64,000 nucleotides of DNA from Candidatus Calditenuaceae archaeon (lineage in GTDB: Archaea > Thermoproteota > Nitrososphaeria_A > Caldarchaeales > Calditenuaceae), in contig JANXEE010000003.1 in the NCBI GenBank assembly GCA_025058225.1, positions 20,366 to 84,365 of the forward strand, read 5' to 3'. The notes beneath the pieces were generated by a model. It was given only the letters and a program-made list of their open reading frames with translations. It did not search any database and was not told the origin of the DNA. Both the position numbers and the translations under genes were made by a program. Shown here in pieces: positions 51,973 through 62,267 of this stretch; positions within the stretch are counted from its first letter, which is position 1, and each line of letters starts with the position of its first letter.

Positions 51973-52297
51973 TGAGGGGTCCTGTGAGCACGTGGCCGAG
52001 TTCCTCGCGGCCCTGTCGCACCAGAATAGGGTGAAGTTGATCGCGTTGCTCAGAGAGGGTCCCAAGACCGTCGTGGAGCTCTCCGAAGCGATAGGGCTCT
52101 CCCAATCCGCGACGTCTCAGCACCTGCAAATCCTTCGGGGGTACGGCATAGTCGGGGTAACTAGGGTTGGAAATCAGAGCTACTACTCGATCGCGGACCA
52201 AAGGGTTCTCCAGCTCTGCAAGCTAGCTCAGCAGATCATCTCCGACAGGATCAGAGAGCTCAGCGAGAAGATCGACGTGATCAAGTTCGTGAGCTGA
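51962..52297 (+). CDS. ArsR/SmtB-family transcriptional regulator
   Basis: LAALSHQNRVKLIALLREGPKTVVELSEAIGLSQSATSQHLQILRGYGIV is the canonical ArsR wHTH. Confidence 0.8.
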   Translation: MQTDEGSCEHVAEFLAALSHQNRVKLIALLREGPKTVVELSEAIGLSQSATSQHLQILRGYGIVGVTRVGNQSYYSIADQRVLQLCKLAQQIISDRIRELSEKIDVIKFVS

Positions 52298-52404
52298 GAC
52301 CATCGAACCGTCGGCATCGCCCACTGCAACTCTGTTCTGTCCCCCTTTCAGGTATTCGGGATCAGATGAAAAACCCTATGACCGGCCGATCGTGAGGCCA
52401 TCCG

Positions 52405-53721
52405 GTGCTGGAGCACGTGCGGGAGCTTCTGTGGGCTGAGAAGCACAGGCCGAAGAAGGTCTCCGAGGTGATCGGCAACAGCGAAGCGGTCAGCGAGTTC
52501 GTAAGGTGGATGAGTGAGTGGGAGCGTGGATCTATCCCGGAGCAGAGGGCCGCCTTCCTCCATGGACCACCTGGAACAGGGAAGACATCGCTGGTGCTGG
52601 CATACGCTGAGGAGCGGGGATACGACCTCGTCCAGGTGAACGCCAGTGACAGGAGAACAGCGGAGGACCTTCAGGGCGCGCTGAGCCATGCGATCTCGTC
52701 GACTGCAGTCTTCGGAAGGAAGCGAATGGTGCTCGTCGACGAGGTGGAGGGAGCTGTCCTGTCTGCAGAGTCGGGAAGCGTGGCGGCTTTGGCCGGATTG
52801 ATCGAGATGACGTCTGTGCCCATGGTGTTGATTGCGAACGACGTCTGGGACCAGAGGCTGCTGCCCCTGAGGGAGAGGTGCAAACTGATCGGATTCAGGA
52901 GGCTGAGGTCGACGGACATCGCGGAGAGGCTGAGGGTCATCGCACAGAGGGAGGGCGTCAGAGTCGATGACGAGTTGATTCGGGAAATCTCCCAACGTGC
53001 GAGGGGAGACTTGAGGGCGGCGATCAACGACCTACAGGCGGTCGCGATTCCCGGTGCGGACCCAAGGGCCCTGGCCGAGTTGATCGAGTCGAGGGAGGTC
53101 GAGCTGAACGCCTTCGAGCTGATGGCGAGGATATTCGGTGCCCGGAGACTCGCCGATGGCCGCGGGGTCCTCAACAGCACCGACATCGACGTCGACAGCG
53201 TGATGACCTGGATCTCTGACAACATCCCGACACAGATCAGGGACCCCGAAAAGCTCGAGGAGGCGTATCGCGTCTTAGCGGATGCCGACCTTCACCTCAG
53301 GAGGGCCTCCAGGTTCCAGAGATGGGAGCTGATGAGATACGGCACCGCGCTGCTCTCCGCTGGTCCAGGAGTGGTCAAGGGCTCAACCTCGGAGAAGGGC
53401 GGGAGGTTCGAGTTCCCATCGAAGATCAGGTTCCTTCAGCAGACCAGAACGGAGCGGGAGCTGACGAGGTCTGTCCTGAAGAAGGTCGCCAGCAAGACGC
53501 ACATGTCAACCTCGAAGGCTGCAGCTGATTTCTTGCCTTACCTTAGGGTGATGCTGATGGCCGGTGACAGGAAGGTAGCTGATGCGCTCGGTCTGAACGA
53601 CCGTGAGGTGGAAGCGTTACTGTCGAGGTCTCCGGAAACTCAAGTGAAGCCCAAGGAGTCCGGCGTTGGGGCACCGAGGCCGAGGGCTACGACGGGGCGA
53701 CGTCGCGTTCGTCGTGGCTGA
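52405..53721 (+). CDS. rfcL: Replication factor C large subunit
   Basis: LWAEKHRPKKVSEVIGN, LHGPPGTGKTSLVLAYA (Walker A), VLVDEVEG, and a basic C-terminal tail; 438 aa. Confidence 0.85.
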   Translation: MLEHVRELLWAEKHRPKKVSEVIGNSEAVSEFVRWMSEWERGSIPEQRAAFLHGPPGTGKTSLVLAYAEERGYDLVQVNASDRRTAEDLQGALSHAISSTAVFGRKRMVLVDEVEGAVLSAESGSVAALAGLIEMTSVPMVLIANDVWDQRLLPLRERCKLIGFRRLRSTDIAERLRVIAQREGVRVDDELIREISQRARGDLRAAINDLQAVAIPGADPRALAELIESREVELNAFELMARIFGARRLADGRGVLNSTDIDVDSVMTWISDNIPTQIRDPEKLEEAYRVLADADLHLRRASRFQRWELMRYGTALLSAGPGVVKGSTSEKGGRFEFPSKIRFLQQTRTERELTRSVLKKVASKTHMSTSKAAADFLPYLRVMLMAGDRKVADALGLNDREVEALLSRSPETQVKPKESGVGAPRPRATTGRRRVRRG

Positions 53722-54883
53722 GCGCTCCCCCCTTCCTCAGGATGGCCTCCAACTCCCTTCCCAGTATCGAGGCCGGTATCTCGGGGAGGGCGATGTAACT
53801 CCTCCTGCCCCTGATGCCCTCGCTGAGGACCCTGATCCTGATGAAGCCCTGGTCTTCAAGCTTCTGCAGTATCTCCCAGAACCTCGTGTAGGCCTTGGGC
53901 ATGGTGCCGTTCTCCTCACAGACGAGGGCGTAGAGCCCGTTGAGCTGGGAGGCCGTCACGGTCGGCGAGTCGTTTCCCTGGAAGTACCTCGCTATCGCGA
54001 GCAACACCAGCTTCTCGTGCAACGAGAGGTAGTGGAGGCTCTCCCTCCTTATGGCGGGATAGATGCTGGCGGCGGCCTTCCTCACGTGCTCGGTCGTCAG
54101 CTTGGGTGAACCGTCCCGCTCCGCGAACTTCCCCGCCCTCCAGAGCAGCTCAATGGCGTACCTCGCATCACCCCTCTCTCCCGCCTGATCGACGATCGCC
54201 TCGATCACCTCCTCGGTGACTACACCCTCGTGGAAGGCCTCGGAGGCCCTGAAACCGATGATGTCCCTAAGCTGACCTGCGCTGTACTCGGCAAGATGGA
54301 TGACGTTCGTGACGAACATCGTCCTGGTACCCGCGTCGAAGACGTTCAGGCCTTCAAGCCCCCTCAGTATGAGTACCAGCGAGATCCTCGACCCCTCAGA
54401 CCTCTCCTCACCGATCCTCGCGAGGTAGTAGACCGCGTCCTGCTCCTCCCTGATGAGGACCTCCGCCTCGTCGAGCGTGAGGATCAGCGCCATCCCCTCC
54501 TTCTCTAGGTAGGTCATGAGGTTGTGGAGGATCTCCTCGTTCGCCAGACCCCTAGTCGGCAACTTGATCCCGAGTGACTCTATGACCCTCTTGAGCACCG
54601 AGAAGAGGGTCCTGTGAAGCCTGCAGTTGACGTGAACGTGCCGCAGCAGAGCACCCGATCTCCTGGCCAGCTCCTCTGCCCTCAAGCCGAAGAGCTTCGT
54701 CAGCGCGGTCTTACCTGTGCCCGTGGGGCCTGTCAGGAGGGCCCTCACCTGTCCGATCCTCCTGCCAGCGATGAAAGAGCCGAAGAGGGTGAGGAGGTGT
54801 TCGAGTTCGTCCTCTCGGTGCGGCAGCCTCGAAGGGACGTATTCGGGGGAGAGCCTGTCCTCGTCCCTGAAGACCCGAACCAT
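53687..54883 (-). CDS. cdc6: Orc1/Cdc6 replication initiator
   Basis: YVPSRLPHREDELEHL, LLTGPTGTGKTALTKLF (Walker A), ILTLDEAEVL (Walker B) and a C-terminal winged helix; 398 aa. Confidence 0.9.
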   Translation of the reverse strand: MVRVFRDEDRLSPEYVPSRLPHREDELEHLLTLFGSFIAGRRIGQVRALLTGPTGTGKTALTKLFGLRAEELARRSGALLRHVHVNCRLHRTLFSVLKRVIESLGIKLPTRGLANEEILHNLMTYLEKEGMALILTLDEAEVLIREEQDAVYYLARIGEERSEGSRISLVLILRGLEGLNVFDAGTRTMFVTNVIHLAEYSAGQLRDIIGFRASEAFHEGVVTEEVIEAIVDQAGERGDARYAIELLWRAGKFAERDGSPKLTTEHVRKAAASIYPAIRRESLHYLSLHEKLVLLAIARYFQGNDSPTVTASQLNGLYALVCEENGTMPKAYTRFWEILQKLEDQGFIRIRVLSEGIRGRRSYIALPEIPASILGRELEAILRKGGALSHDERDVAPS

Positions 54884-54946
54884 CCTCTGCGGCCTCTCCG
54901 ATGACCCACGATAAAAGAGATGGGTCGACGGTCCTCCGAAAGTGGA

Positions 54947-56239
54947 CTAGAGCATCCAAAGCGGTCTCTTGACGACGACCTCCGCCCCGGCCTCTAACCT
55001 CTCCAAATGAGGCCGCACCGTGAGATAACCGTCCGAGAAGGCGATCGAGGAGAAGACCGATGACTCCGAGAGGTGGGGCCTACACGTGAGCCTACCGTCT
55101 GACCGCGAGACGCTCACCCAGACCACCTTCACGAAGTCGATCCACTTGTGAAAGACAACCGGCTCGGAGAGCGTGGCGACCGTTAGCGCGAAGAACTGGT
55201 CGAGCTTCGCGGAGGCCAGGTGCGCCAGCACAGGTACTCCGAGCTCGTTGAGGACGTTCACCGTTGAGTGAACGAGGGCCGGTAGGACGATCACGGGTCT
55301 ACCGTTGACCACGGCCGCACCCCCAACCCTGCCCGGCTGCATCTTGAGGCCCTGCGCGAAGAAATCCGATACCTCCGAGAGTACCATCGGGACGACGTCC
55401 AGCTCGCTGACGCTGGAGCCTCCGATCGTCAGGACCATGTCGGACTTCTCGAGGGCCGTCTTCAGGGCAGCCCTCGCCGCGTCGAGGTCGTCCGGGATCA
55501 GCCCCAGATACCTCGGCCTGCACGGGAGCTTTTTGAGCATCGAGACCACCATCGGCGCGTGTGTGTTCAGCACCTTCCCGGCATCGGCCTCGACAGGGTC
55601 ATCGGTCAGTTCCGACCCGAAGGAGAGAACGCCGACCTCCGGGAGCCTCATGACCCTCACAGACCTCACGCCCAGCGTCTCGAGCAGCGCCCCTTTCACC
55701 GGCGTCAGGACCTCGCCCGCCCTCACGACGACCGATCCCCTTCTCAGGTCAGACCCCACGCGGTCTACGTACTCGAAGGGCCTCAGAGGCCTCCGCACCG
55801 ACACCGATCCTCCTTCGACGGTCACCTCCTCCTGCGGAACGACCGCGTCCGCGCCCTCGGGCATGTACCCACCAGTCAGTATCCTCCTGGCACAACCCGG
55901 CCCCAGCGGAGGGCCCCTCTCGTTGGGACCCGTGAAACCGTCGACTTTTAGGACCACGGGCCGCTCCCGGGATGCGCCGCGCAGCTCCGACGACCTGACC
56001 GCGTAACCGTCCATATGGGAGGCGTCGTAGGGTGGCCTGTCGACCGGTGCGAAGACGTCCTCGGTCACCGTTCGGCCGATAGCATCGAGCGGACGTAGGA
56101 GCTCGTTCCCTGTCAGGGGGAAAACCCTACCGATGACCTCGTTCAGGACCCATTCAAGCTCGTGGAACCTCTCGATCCTCCTGTGAGCGGTGCCGTCCCG
56201 CATGTAACCCGGCGATTGAGCACGACTCTCGGATATCAA
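54947..56239 (-). CDS. moeA: Molybdopterin molybdenumtransferase MoeA
   Basis: 430 aa with MoeA domain order. Blocks PPYDASHMDGYAV, ILTGGYMPEGADAVV and DMVLTIGGSSVSELD. Confidence 0.8.
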   Translation of the reverse strand: MISESRAQSPGYMRDGTAHRRIERFHELEWVLNEVIGRVFPLTGNELLRPLDAIGRTVTEDVFAPVDRPPYDASHMDGYAVRSSELRGASRERPVVLKVDGFTGPNERGPPLGPGCARRILTGGYMPEGADAVVPQEEVTVEGGSVSVRRPLRPFEYVDRVGSDLRRGSVVVRAGEVLTPVKGALLETLGVRSVRVMRLPEVGVLSFGSELTDDPVEADAGKVLNTHAPMVVSMLKKLPCRPRYLGLIPDDLDAARAALKTALEKSDMVLTIGGSSVSELDVVPMVLSEVSDFFAQGLKMQPGRVGGAAVVNGRPVIVLPALVHSTVNVLNELGVPVLAHLASAKLDQFFALTVATLSEPVVFHKWIDFVKVVWVSVSRSDGRLTCRPHLSESSVFSSIAFSDGYLTVRPHLERLEAGAEVVVKRPLWML

Positions 56240-56799
56240 GTAATTCTCTCCGACGAAGACGTTTCTTGGCGACGATCGACGCGCCTCAGGTTGTTCCTCT
56301 CGAACTCAAGGAGCATGACCTTCAAACCCGGTGAGGGAGAGTAACCTCCGGGGGAGCCGTCCGACCTTATCACCCTGTGGCACGGTATCACCAGCGGAAT
56401 CGGGTTGGACGCGAGCGCAGAACCCACGGCCCTAGCACCACCTCGCATCCCGAGCGACTTGGCTATCGAGGAATAGGCCCTGGTCGAGCCATAGGGAACC
56501 TCAAGCGTCTTCTGCCACACGGCTCTCTGAAAGGCCGTCCCTCTTAGATCGAGGGGGAGGTTGAAGGCCATTCGCTCGCCTCTGAAGTACTCCTCCAGCT
56601 GACGCAGGGCCTCCGAGGTGATCCCGGGTCCGCCGCCCTCGGGCCAGAAAACGCAGTTCCCGGCGATCCGGTCGTCGAGCCGTCCGCGCACCTGCACGTA
56701 CCTCACCGCTCTCTCAGAGGTGACCACCCACACCTCCCCGAGCCACGACCGCAACCGCGCAGCGTGAAGAGCGCCGTCACCGCTCGGTGACGAGACCAC
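56236..56799 (-). CDS. ogt: Methylated-DNA--protein-cysteine methyltransferase
   Basis: Active-site IPCHRVI. FQRAVWQKTLEVPYGSTRAYSSIA is the typical DNA-binding helix region. Confidence 0.85.
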   Translation of the reverse strand: MVSSPSGDGALHAARLRSWLGEVWVVTSERAVRYVQVRGRLDDRIAGNCVFWPEGGGPGITSEALRQLEEYFRGERMAFNLPLDLRGTAFQRAVWQKTLEVPYGSTRAYSSIAKSLGMRGGARAVGSALASNPIPLVIPCHRVIRSDGSPGGYSPSPGLKVMLLEFERNNLRRVDRRQETSSSERIT

Positions 56800-58156
56800 C
56801 CCGCCCCAGCCTCCTGACGCAATCGGCGTAGAAGCGCTCGGCCAGCTCCTCCGCTAACCCGACGTACTCCCTGAAGTCCTTCGGGAGGACTTCGTCAACG
56901 GGGACGCCGTGCCGTTCCGCGGCCCTCCTCGCAGCTTCATCGAGCCCCACTCCCTGCCTGAGGAGGGACCTGAGCTCGTCCATCGCGTCGACGCCGTGCC
57001 TCCTGAACCTCACCTGCACCGCCTCCGATAGGGCCTCCGGGTGGGACCTCAGCTCCTCGAGCATCCCCTCCCTGTCGAACCCTATTCTGCTGAGGAACCT
57101 CCTCAGATGCCTCACGCCTATCAGGAGGTGTGCCACCCCGACCGGGACGTTCCGCCTGACGGTTGAGTCTGAGAGGTCCCTCTGTAGCCTGGTGATCTGT
57201 AACCTCCTCGACGCGAAGGAGAGCAAGCTCGCCGCCAGCTCGAAGTTCCCCTCGGCGTTCTCCGCCTCGACCGGGTTGGCCTTCTGGGGCATCGTCGACG
57301 ACCCCACACCCCCCGGCGGGACCGTCACGTGGCCCAGCGCGCAGAGGAGCCAGAGGTCCCTCGAGAGGTCGGTCAGGGCCGTCGAGAGCGAAGCCATCGA
57401 GTCGAGGAGCGACGCATAGCGGTCAGCCGGGATCACCTGCTTCGTCAGCTCGACGAACTCCAGCCCCAATGACTCCACGAACTCCCTTACCCCCTCGAGC
57501 GCGCGCCCTCCGAGGACCTCGACCAGGGCCGCGTAGGTACCGACGGCACCGCTCACCTTCCCGGGGAACCTGAAGCCCCTCAGGGCCTCGATCCACCAAA
57601 GGACCCTGGATCCGTGATAGGCCAGCTCCTTTCCGAGCGTCGTGGGGACGGCCGGCTGACCGTGGGTCCTTGCGAGCATCAAGGTCGCCTTCTCCCTCAG
57701 AGAAAGTTCCGCGAGCTCCCTGCAGAGAACCTCGAGCTCCGGGAGCAGCACCGCCCTCAGGGCTTCCCTCAGTGAGATCGAGAAGGCGAGGTTGTTCACG
57801 TCCTCCGAGGTGAGGCCCGCGTGGACCCAGACCGCGGCCCTTTCTGCTCCGAGGCCTGCGAGCTGGGACTTGAGGAACCTGATCAGAGCCTCGACGTCGT
57901 GGCCGACCTCGCGCTCGATGGACTTCACCGCCTCGGCCTTTGAGAGGTCAAAGTTCCGGAGGACCGACCTCGCGGCCTCCAGCTCTCTCTCTTCCAGCGA
58001 AACGACCCCTTTCCTCGCGAGGAAGCTCAGGTACTCCACCTCCACCAGCAGCCTGCACCTGATGAGGCCGAACTCGCTGAGGTGGGGCCTGAGGTCCTCC
58101 ACCAGCTCGGAGTAACGTCCATCTACAGGAGTGATCGCGAGGAGCGCGTGCGTCAC
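56777..58156 (-). CDS. purB: Adenylosuccinate lyase
   Basis: I prefer the GTG at 58156, which overlaps the purA stop (GTGA) and gives 459 aa: VTHALLAITPVDGRYSE... The fumarate-lyase signature is GSSTMPQKANP. The ORF-track start at 58516 lies inside purA. Confidence 0.85.
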   Translation of the reverse strand: MTHALLAITPVDGRYSELVEDLRPHLSEFGLIRCRLLVEVEYLSFLARKGVVSLEERELEAARSVLRNFDLSKAEAVKSIEREVGHDVEALIRFLKSQLAGLGAERAAVWVHAGLTSEDVNNLAFSISLREALRAVLLPELEVLCRELAELSLREKATLMLARTHGQPAVPTTLGKELAYHGSRVLWWIEALRGFRFPGKVSGAVGTYAALVEVLGGRALEGVREFVESLGLEFVELTKQVIPADRYASLLDSMASLSTALTDLSRDLWLLCALGHVTVPPGGVGSSTMPQKANPVEAENAEGNFELAASLLSFASRRLQITRLQRDLSDSTVRRNVPVGVAHLLIGVRHLRRFLSRIGFDREGMLEELRSHPEALSEAVQVRFRRHGVDAMDELRSLLRQGVGLDEAARRAAERHGVPVDEVLPKDFREYVGLAEELAERFYADCVRRLGRGGLVTER

Positions 58157-59406
58157 CGCTCCACCACGTCCTCCACTCCTGGCCCTATGCCGATCTGCTT
58201 CACCGGCGTCCCGAGGTGCTCCTCGAGGAACTCCACGTACCTCCTCGCGTTGGGGTGCAGCGCTCCGTACCCTTCCCTGACGATCGTCGTGCGCTGAACA
58301 TCGTCGATGACCGGCCATCCTTCCAGCTCTGCGTAGACCGGCCTCACCTTTGAGAGCTCCGAGAGCGTCACGGGGTAGTCGCCGTCTTTGTAACCCTCGT
58401 AGGCAGTGCAGACCTTCAGCCCGGTCAGGCCGGAGAGCGTGTCGATCCTCGTGAGGAAGATCCGATCGGTGCCGTTCAGGTCCGTCGCGAACTTCAGTTG
58501 CACGAGGTCCAACCACCCTATCCTCCTGGGCCTGCCGGTGGTCGCGCCGTACTCGCCGCCCGTAGACCTGATCCTCTCCGCTGCGTCGCCGTGGAGCTCT
58601 GTCGGAAACGGCCCCGCGCCGACCCTCGTGGTGTAGGCCTTAGCCACTCCGACGACCGAATCGACCCATCTCACAGGAACGCCGCAACCGGGAGAGACAC
58701 CTGCTGAGGTGGTGACGCTTGATGTGACGTATGGATAGGTGCCGTAGTAGACGTCAAGCATCGTACCCTGCGCGCCCTCGAAGACGACCGTGCCGCCCGA
58801 TGTCAAGTGGTCTCGAATCACGCGGCTGACCTCAGCCACTTCAAGGTCCAGCGACATGAACTGCTCCGACAACGACTCCGCCATGGCATCTAGGTCTGAG
58901 CCCTCGAGCCTCCAGAAGGCCGCGATGTCCCCTAGCTTCTCCTTCAAGGTCTCGCGCTCGAGGAGGTCCGCGACCCTAAGGCCCACCCGGCCGAACCTCT
59001 CAACAGCCGTGGGACCGATCCCCCTTCGCGTGGTGCCGATGGCCCTCTCGCCCCTCATCGACTCGAGGAGCTCCTCAGCCCTCAGAGCCAACTCGGTGAT
59101 CACTTGCGCCCTCGGGCTCAGGACGACCTTCAGGTCGGGCCTGACCTCCCTCGATTCCCTCAGCTCCTCGGCGAGGGTCCTGAGGTCGACGTAGACGCCA
59201 GAGCAAATCGCAGCACGTCCGCAGACGAGCCCACCCGCAGGGATCAGGTGCATCCTGAAGGTCCTGCCGGAGTAGACGACCGTGTGGCCGGCGTTGGGCC
59301 CGCCGTTGTACCGGACCGCCAACCTCGCTCCTTTAGAGAGGTACGCAGCGACCTTACCCTTGCCCTCGTCGCCCCACTGGAGACCGACCACCACCACCGA
59401 CGGCAT
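58153..59406 (-). CDS. purA: Adenylosuccinate synthetase
   Basis: GLQWGDEGKGKV P-loop and GTTRRGIGP; 417 aa. Confidence 0.9.
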   Translation of the reverse strand: MPSVVVVGLQWGDEGKGKVAAYLSKGARLAVRYNGGPNAGHTVVYSGRTFRMHLIPAGGLVCGRAAICSGVYVDLRTLAEELRESREVRPDLKVVLSPRAQVITELALRAEELLESMRGERAIGTTRRGIGPTAVERFGRVGLRVADLLERETLKEKLGDIAAFWRLEGSDLDAMAESLSEQFMSLDLEVAEVSRVIRDHLTSGGTVVFEGAQGTMLDVYYGTYPYVTSSVTTSAGVSPGCGVPVRWVDSVVGVAKAYTTRVGAGPFPTELHGDAAERIRSTGGEYGATTGRPRRIGWLDLVQLKFATDLNGTDRIFLTRIDTLSGLTGLKVCTAYEGYKDGDYPVTLSELSKVRPVYAELEGWPVIDDVQRTTIVREGYGALHPNARRYVEFLEEHLGTPVKQIGIGPGVEDVVER

Positions 59407-59409
59407 CTC

Positions 59410-60861
59410 TCACGCTACGCGCTCGACGTCGTGAGGCAGGCTCTCCCTGTAACCGGCCTCGGATATCTTCACGAAGACCGCGCGCTCCCTCATCTCCTTC
59501 AGCGTCCTAGCACCCAGGTAACTCATCCCGGACCTCAGCCCGGCCACCAGCTGCCTCAGGACCTCGACCGCAGAACCCCTGTAGTCCACGTAGGCCTCTA
59601 TGCCCTCAGCCATGTAGGAGTAGTCGGCGACCTCATCGAGCTCCACCTCCCCGCGCTCCTTCAGGTCCCTGCTGAGCATCGCGTAGAACGATGCCATCCC
59701 CCTGTAGACCTTGCTCTTCTTACCGTTCCTGAGGACGATTGAGCCTGGGCTCTCGTCGGTTCCCGCCAGCAACATCCCGATCATCGCCGTCGATGCGCCT
59801 GCCGCAAGGGCCTTCACGAGGTCAGCAGAACTCCTTATGCCTCCATCGGCGATCATCGGGACATCCATCCTCTCAGAGACCTCAGCGCAGTTCATTATCG
59901 CGGTGAGCTGCGGAACTCCAACCCCTGCGACGACCCTAGTGGTACAGACCGAGCCAGGCCCTATCCCGACCTTTACGGCGTCAGCGTAGGACGCGAGGTC
60001 CTCGAAGCCCTCTGGAGTCGCCACGTTTCCAGCGACCAGCTGAACTTCGTCACCGAGCTCGCGCCTGAGGGCCTTCAACGTGTTCATCACCATGGACGTG
60101 TGGCCGTGAGCGACGTCGACCACCAGCGCGTCCACCTCAGCCTCCAGCAAAGCCTTGGCCCTCTCAACGGTGTCACCCCTGACGCCTATAGCAGCAGCCA
60201 CCATCATCCTGCCCTTCCGGTCCCTGGTCGAGTAAGGGTTCAGACCTCGGGACTCGATGTCCTTCGCGGTTATCAGTCCCCTGAGCCTCCACTCCTCGTC
60301 GACTATGGGTATCTTCTCGACCTTGTACTTCCGTATCAGGTCCTTCACCTCCTCTACGTCTGCACCGTACCTCGCGGTCACGAGCTCATGCCTCGGTGTC
60401 ATGACGTCTTTCACCGGCATCCCATCGTGCTGGAAGAGCAGGTCTCGCCGGGTCACTATCCCCCAGACTCTCCTCTCCCTGTCCACCACGACGAGCCCTG
60501 AGACCCCCAGCCTCATCATCTCCCTCCTGGCGTCCTCGACCCTCGCCTCGAGTCCTATGGCATACGGGTCCTCGATGATGATGCCTTCGGCGCGCTTGAC
60601 CCGCTGGACTTCCTTCACCTGCGCCTCTATGGGCATGAACCTGTGTATCACGCCGATTCCCCCCTCCCTCGCCATCGCGATCGCCATCCTGCTCTCGGTG
60701 ACCGTGTCCATCGCCGCGGAGACTATCGGCAAGTGGAGCTCGACCCGCCGCGTGAACCTCGACCTCGTAGACACCTCACTCCTCGACCTGATCTCGGAGT
60801 ATCTAGGAAGAAGGAGCACGTCGTCGAAGGTCAGGGCGACCTCTTCAACGAACCCGGGCAA
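59410..60861 (-). CDS. guaB: IMP dehydrogenase (with CBS pair)
   Basis: [11 protein letters not shown] and [14 protein letters not shown] (catalytic Cys loop), plus [18 protein letters not shown] prefer the TTG at 60861 (483 aa), with tttatct about 25-30 nt upstream. The ORF-track start at 61194 is implausible. Confidence 0.85.
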   Translation of the reverse strand: MPGFVEEVALTFDDVLLLPRYSEIRSRSEVSTRSRFTRRVELHLPIVSAAMDTVTESRMAIAMAREGGIGVIHRFMPIEAQVKEVQRVKRAEGIIIEDPYAIGLEARVEDARREMMRLGVSGLVVVDRERRVWGIVTRRDLLFQHDGMPVKDVMTPRHELVTARYGADVEEVKDLIRKYKVEKIPIVDEEWRLRGLITAKDIESRGLNPYSTRDRKGRMMVAAAIGVRGDTVERAKALLEAEVDALVVDVAHGHTSMVMNTLKALRRELGDEVQLVAGNVATPEGFEDLASYADAVKVGIGPGSVCTTRVVAGVGVPQLTAIMNCAEVSERMDVPMIADGGIRSSADLVKALAAGASTAMIGMLLAGTDESPGSIVLRNGKKSKVYRGMASFYAMLSRDLKERGEVELDEVADYSYMAEGIEAYVDYRGSAVEVLRQLVAGLRSGMSYLGARTLKEMRERAVFVKISEAGYRESLPHDVERVA

Positions 60862-61089
60862 ACGATCCCAACCCCGCCGAACATAGGCTATGAGATAAAC
60901 GTTCCCGCGTAGAGGGCATGAAGGTCCGGGTATTGTCCCGGCTCCAGAAGTCCTCGCGTGCCTCCTGGGCGGTTTTCGAACTTCAGCGGGGAGCGTTATC
61001 GAGATCAGCTCGCTGAGAACCACAAGTCTGCAGAGCTGGGGACGGCAGACACTTATTGGGAGGCGTTCTCCGGTAATCGCGGCCGGGAA

Positions 61090-62259
61090 TTGGTCAAGCT
61101 GATCAGGTTCTTCGCGCCGAGGGGTCTCAGGGTCGAGAGGGCGCAGGGCCAGTACGTCTGGGACGCAGATGGGCGGAGGTACCTCGATTTCCACACGGGG
61201 AACGGCGCCTGCTTCCTAGGACATTTGAACCCCTACGTGGTCAGGAGGTTGAGGGAGCAGCTGGAGAAGGTGATGGTGCTGCCACCCCTCTACGACAGCG
61301 GTATCCTCGACGAAGCCATGGACGCACTCGGTAGGATCCTCCCCCATCAACTCGGCAACGTCTTCTTCCAGAACTCGGGGAGCGAGGCCGTTGAACTGGC
61401 CCTCAAGCTGGCGAGGAAGAGGACGAGGAGGGTGAAGCTCGTCGCGTTCACGGGCTCCTTCCACGGCAGGACCTTTGGAGCGCTCTCCGTGACGTTCAAC
61501 AAGACCTATCGCGAGGGATACGACCCGTTCCCGTTCGAGGTGGAGTTCCTGCCCTTCAACGAGGTCGACCAGATTGAGAAGATCGGGGAGGACGTTGCGG
61601 CCGTGATACTGGAGCCCGTGCAGGGAGAGGGTGGGTTGACGGTTGCGCGTCCGGAGTTCCTGAGGGAGGTGGAGAGGAGGTGCAGGGACGTCGGCGCGTT
61701 CCTCGTGGTCGACGAGGTCCAGTCGGGTTTCGGGCGCACAGGCTCCGTCTGGGCCCACTCTGAGTCGGGTGTGAGGGCCGACATGCTCGTGGCGGGAAAG
61801 TCAATCGGCGGAGGCTTTCCCGTCAGCTTCGTCGCGGTCACCGACGAGGTCGCGTCGAGAGTTGAGGACGGTGAGCACGGGAGCACCCACGGCGGCAACC
61901 CTCTGGCCCTTGCAGCCTTAACTGGTGGCGTGGAAGCGCTTCGCGGGGACAACGTCCCGGAGAGGGCGGGTTACGCGGGGTCGCTGCTCGCTGACGGCCT
62001 GAAGGAGGTCGCGTCTCAGAACCCGAAGGTGGTGAGGGGGGTGAAAGGGAAGGGCCTGATGCTCGGGCTGGACTTAAGGTTCAGTCCATCGCAAGTCATC
62101 AAGGAGCTTCAGTCGAGGGGGCTTTTGACGCTTAAGGCAGGCACCACGGTCCTCAGGTTGCTTCCGCCCTACGTGGTCACGGAGGAGGACATCGGCCTAA
62201 GCGTCCAGCTGATCGACAGCGTCCTGAGGTCGTACCGAGACGACCTTTCAAGGCGTTAA
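61090..62259 (+). CDS. argD: Acetylornithine / LysW-lysine aminotransferase (class III PLP)
   Basis: VWDADGRRYLDFHTGNGACFLGHLNP, LVVDEVQSGFGRTG and AGKSIGGGFP (PLP Lys). I prefer the TTG at 61090 (389 aa). Confidence 0.8.
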   Translation: MVKLIRFFAPRGLRVERAQGQYVWDADGRRYLDFHTGNGACFLGHLNPYVVRRLREQLEKVMVLPPLYDSGILDEAMDALGRILPHQLGNVFFQNSGSEAVELALKLARKRTRRVKLVAFTGSFHGRTFGALSVTFNKTYREGYDPFPFEVEFLPFNEVDQIEKIGEDVAAVILEPVQGEGGLTVARPEFLREVERRCRDVGAFLVVDEVQSGFGRTGSVWAHSESGVRADMLVAGKSIGGGFPVSFVAVTDEVASRVEDGEHGSTHGGNPLALAALTGGVEALRGDNVPERAGYAGSLLADGLKEVASQNPKVVRGVKGKGLMLGLDLRFSPSQVIKELQSRGLLTLKAGTTVLRLLPPYVVTEEDIGLSVQLIDSVLRSYRDDLSRR

Positions 62260-62267
62260 AACTATTA

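Noticed and set aside
54884-54946. TCCTCCGAAAGTGGA upstream of orc1/cdc6 as a possible mini-ORB origin element
   Set aside because: It is a single weak dyad in a 63-bp spacer, with no repeats and no AT-rich unwinding element. That is insufficient for an origin call.
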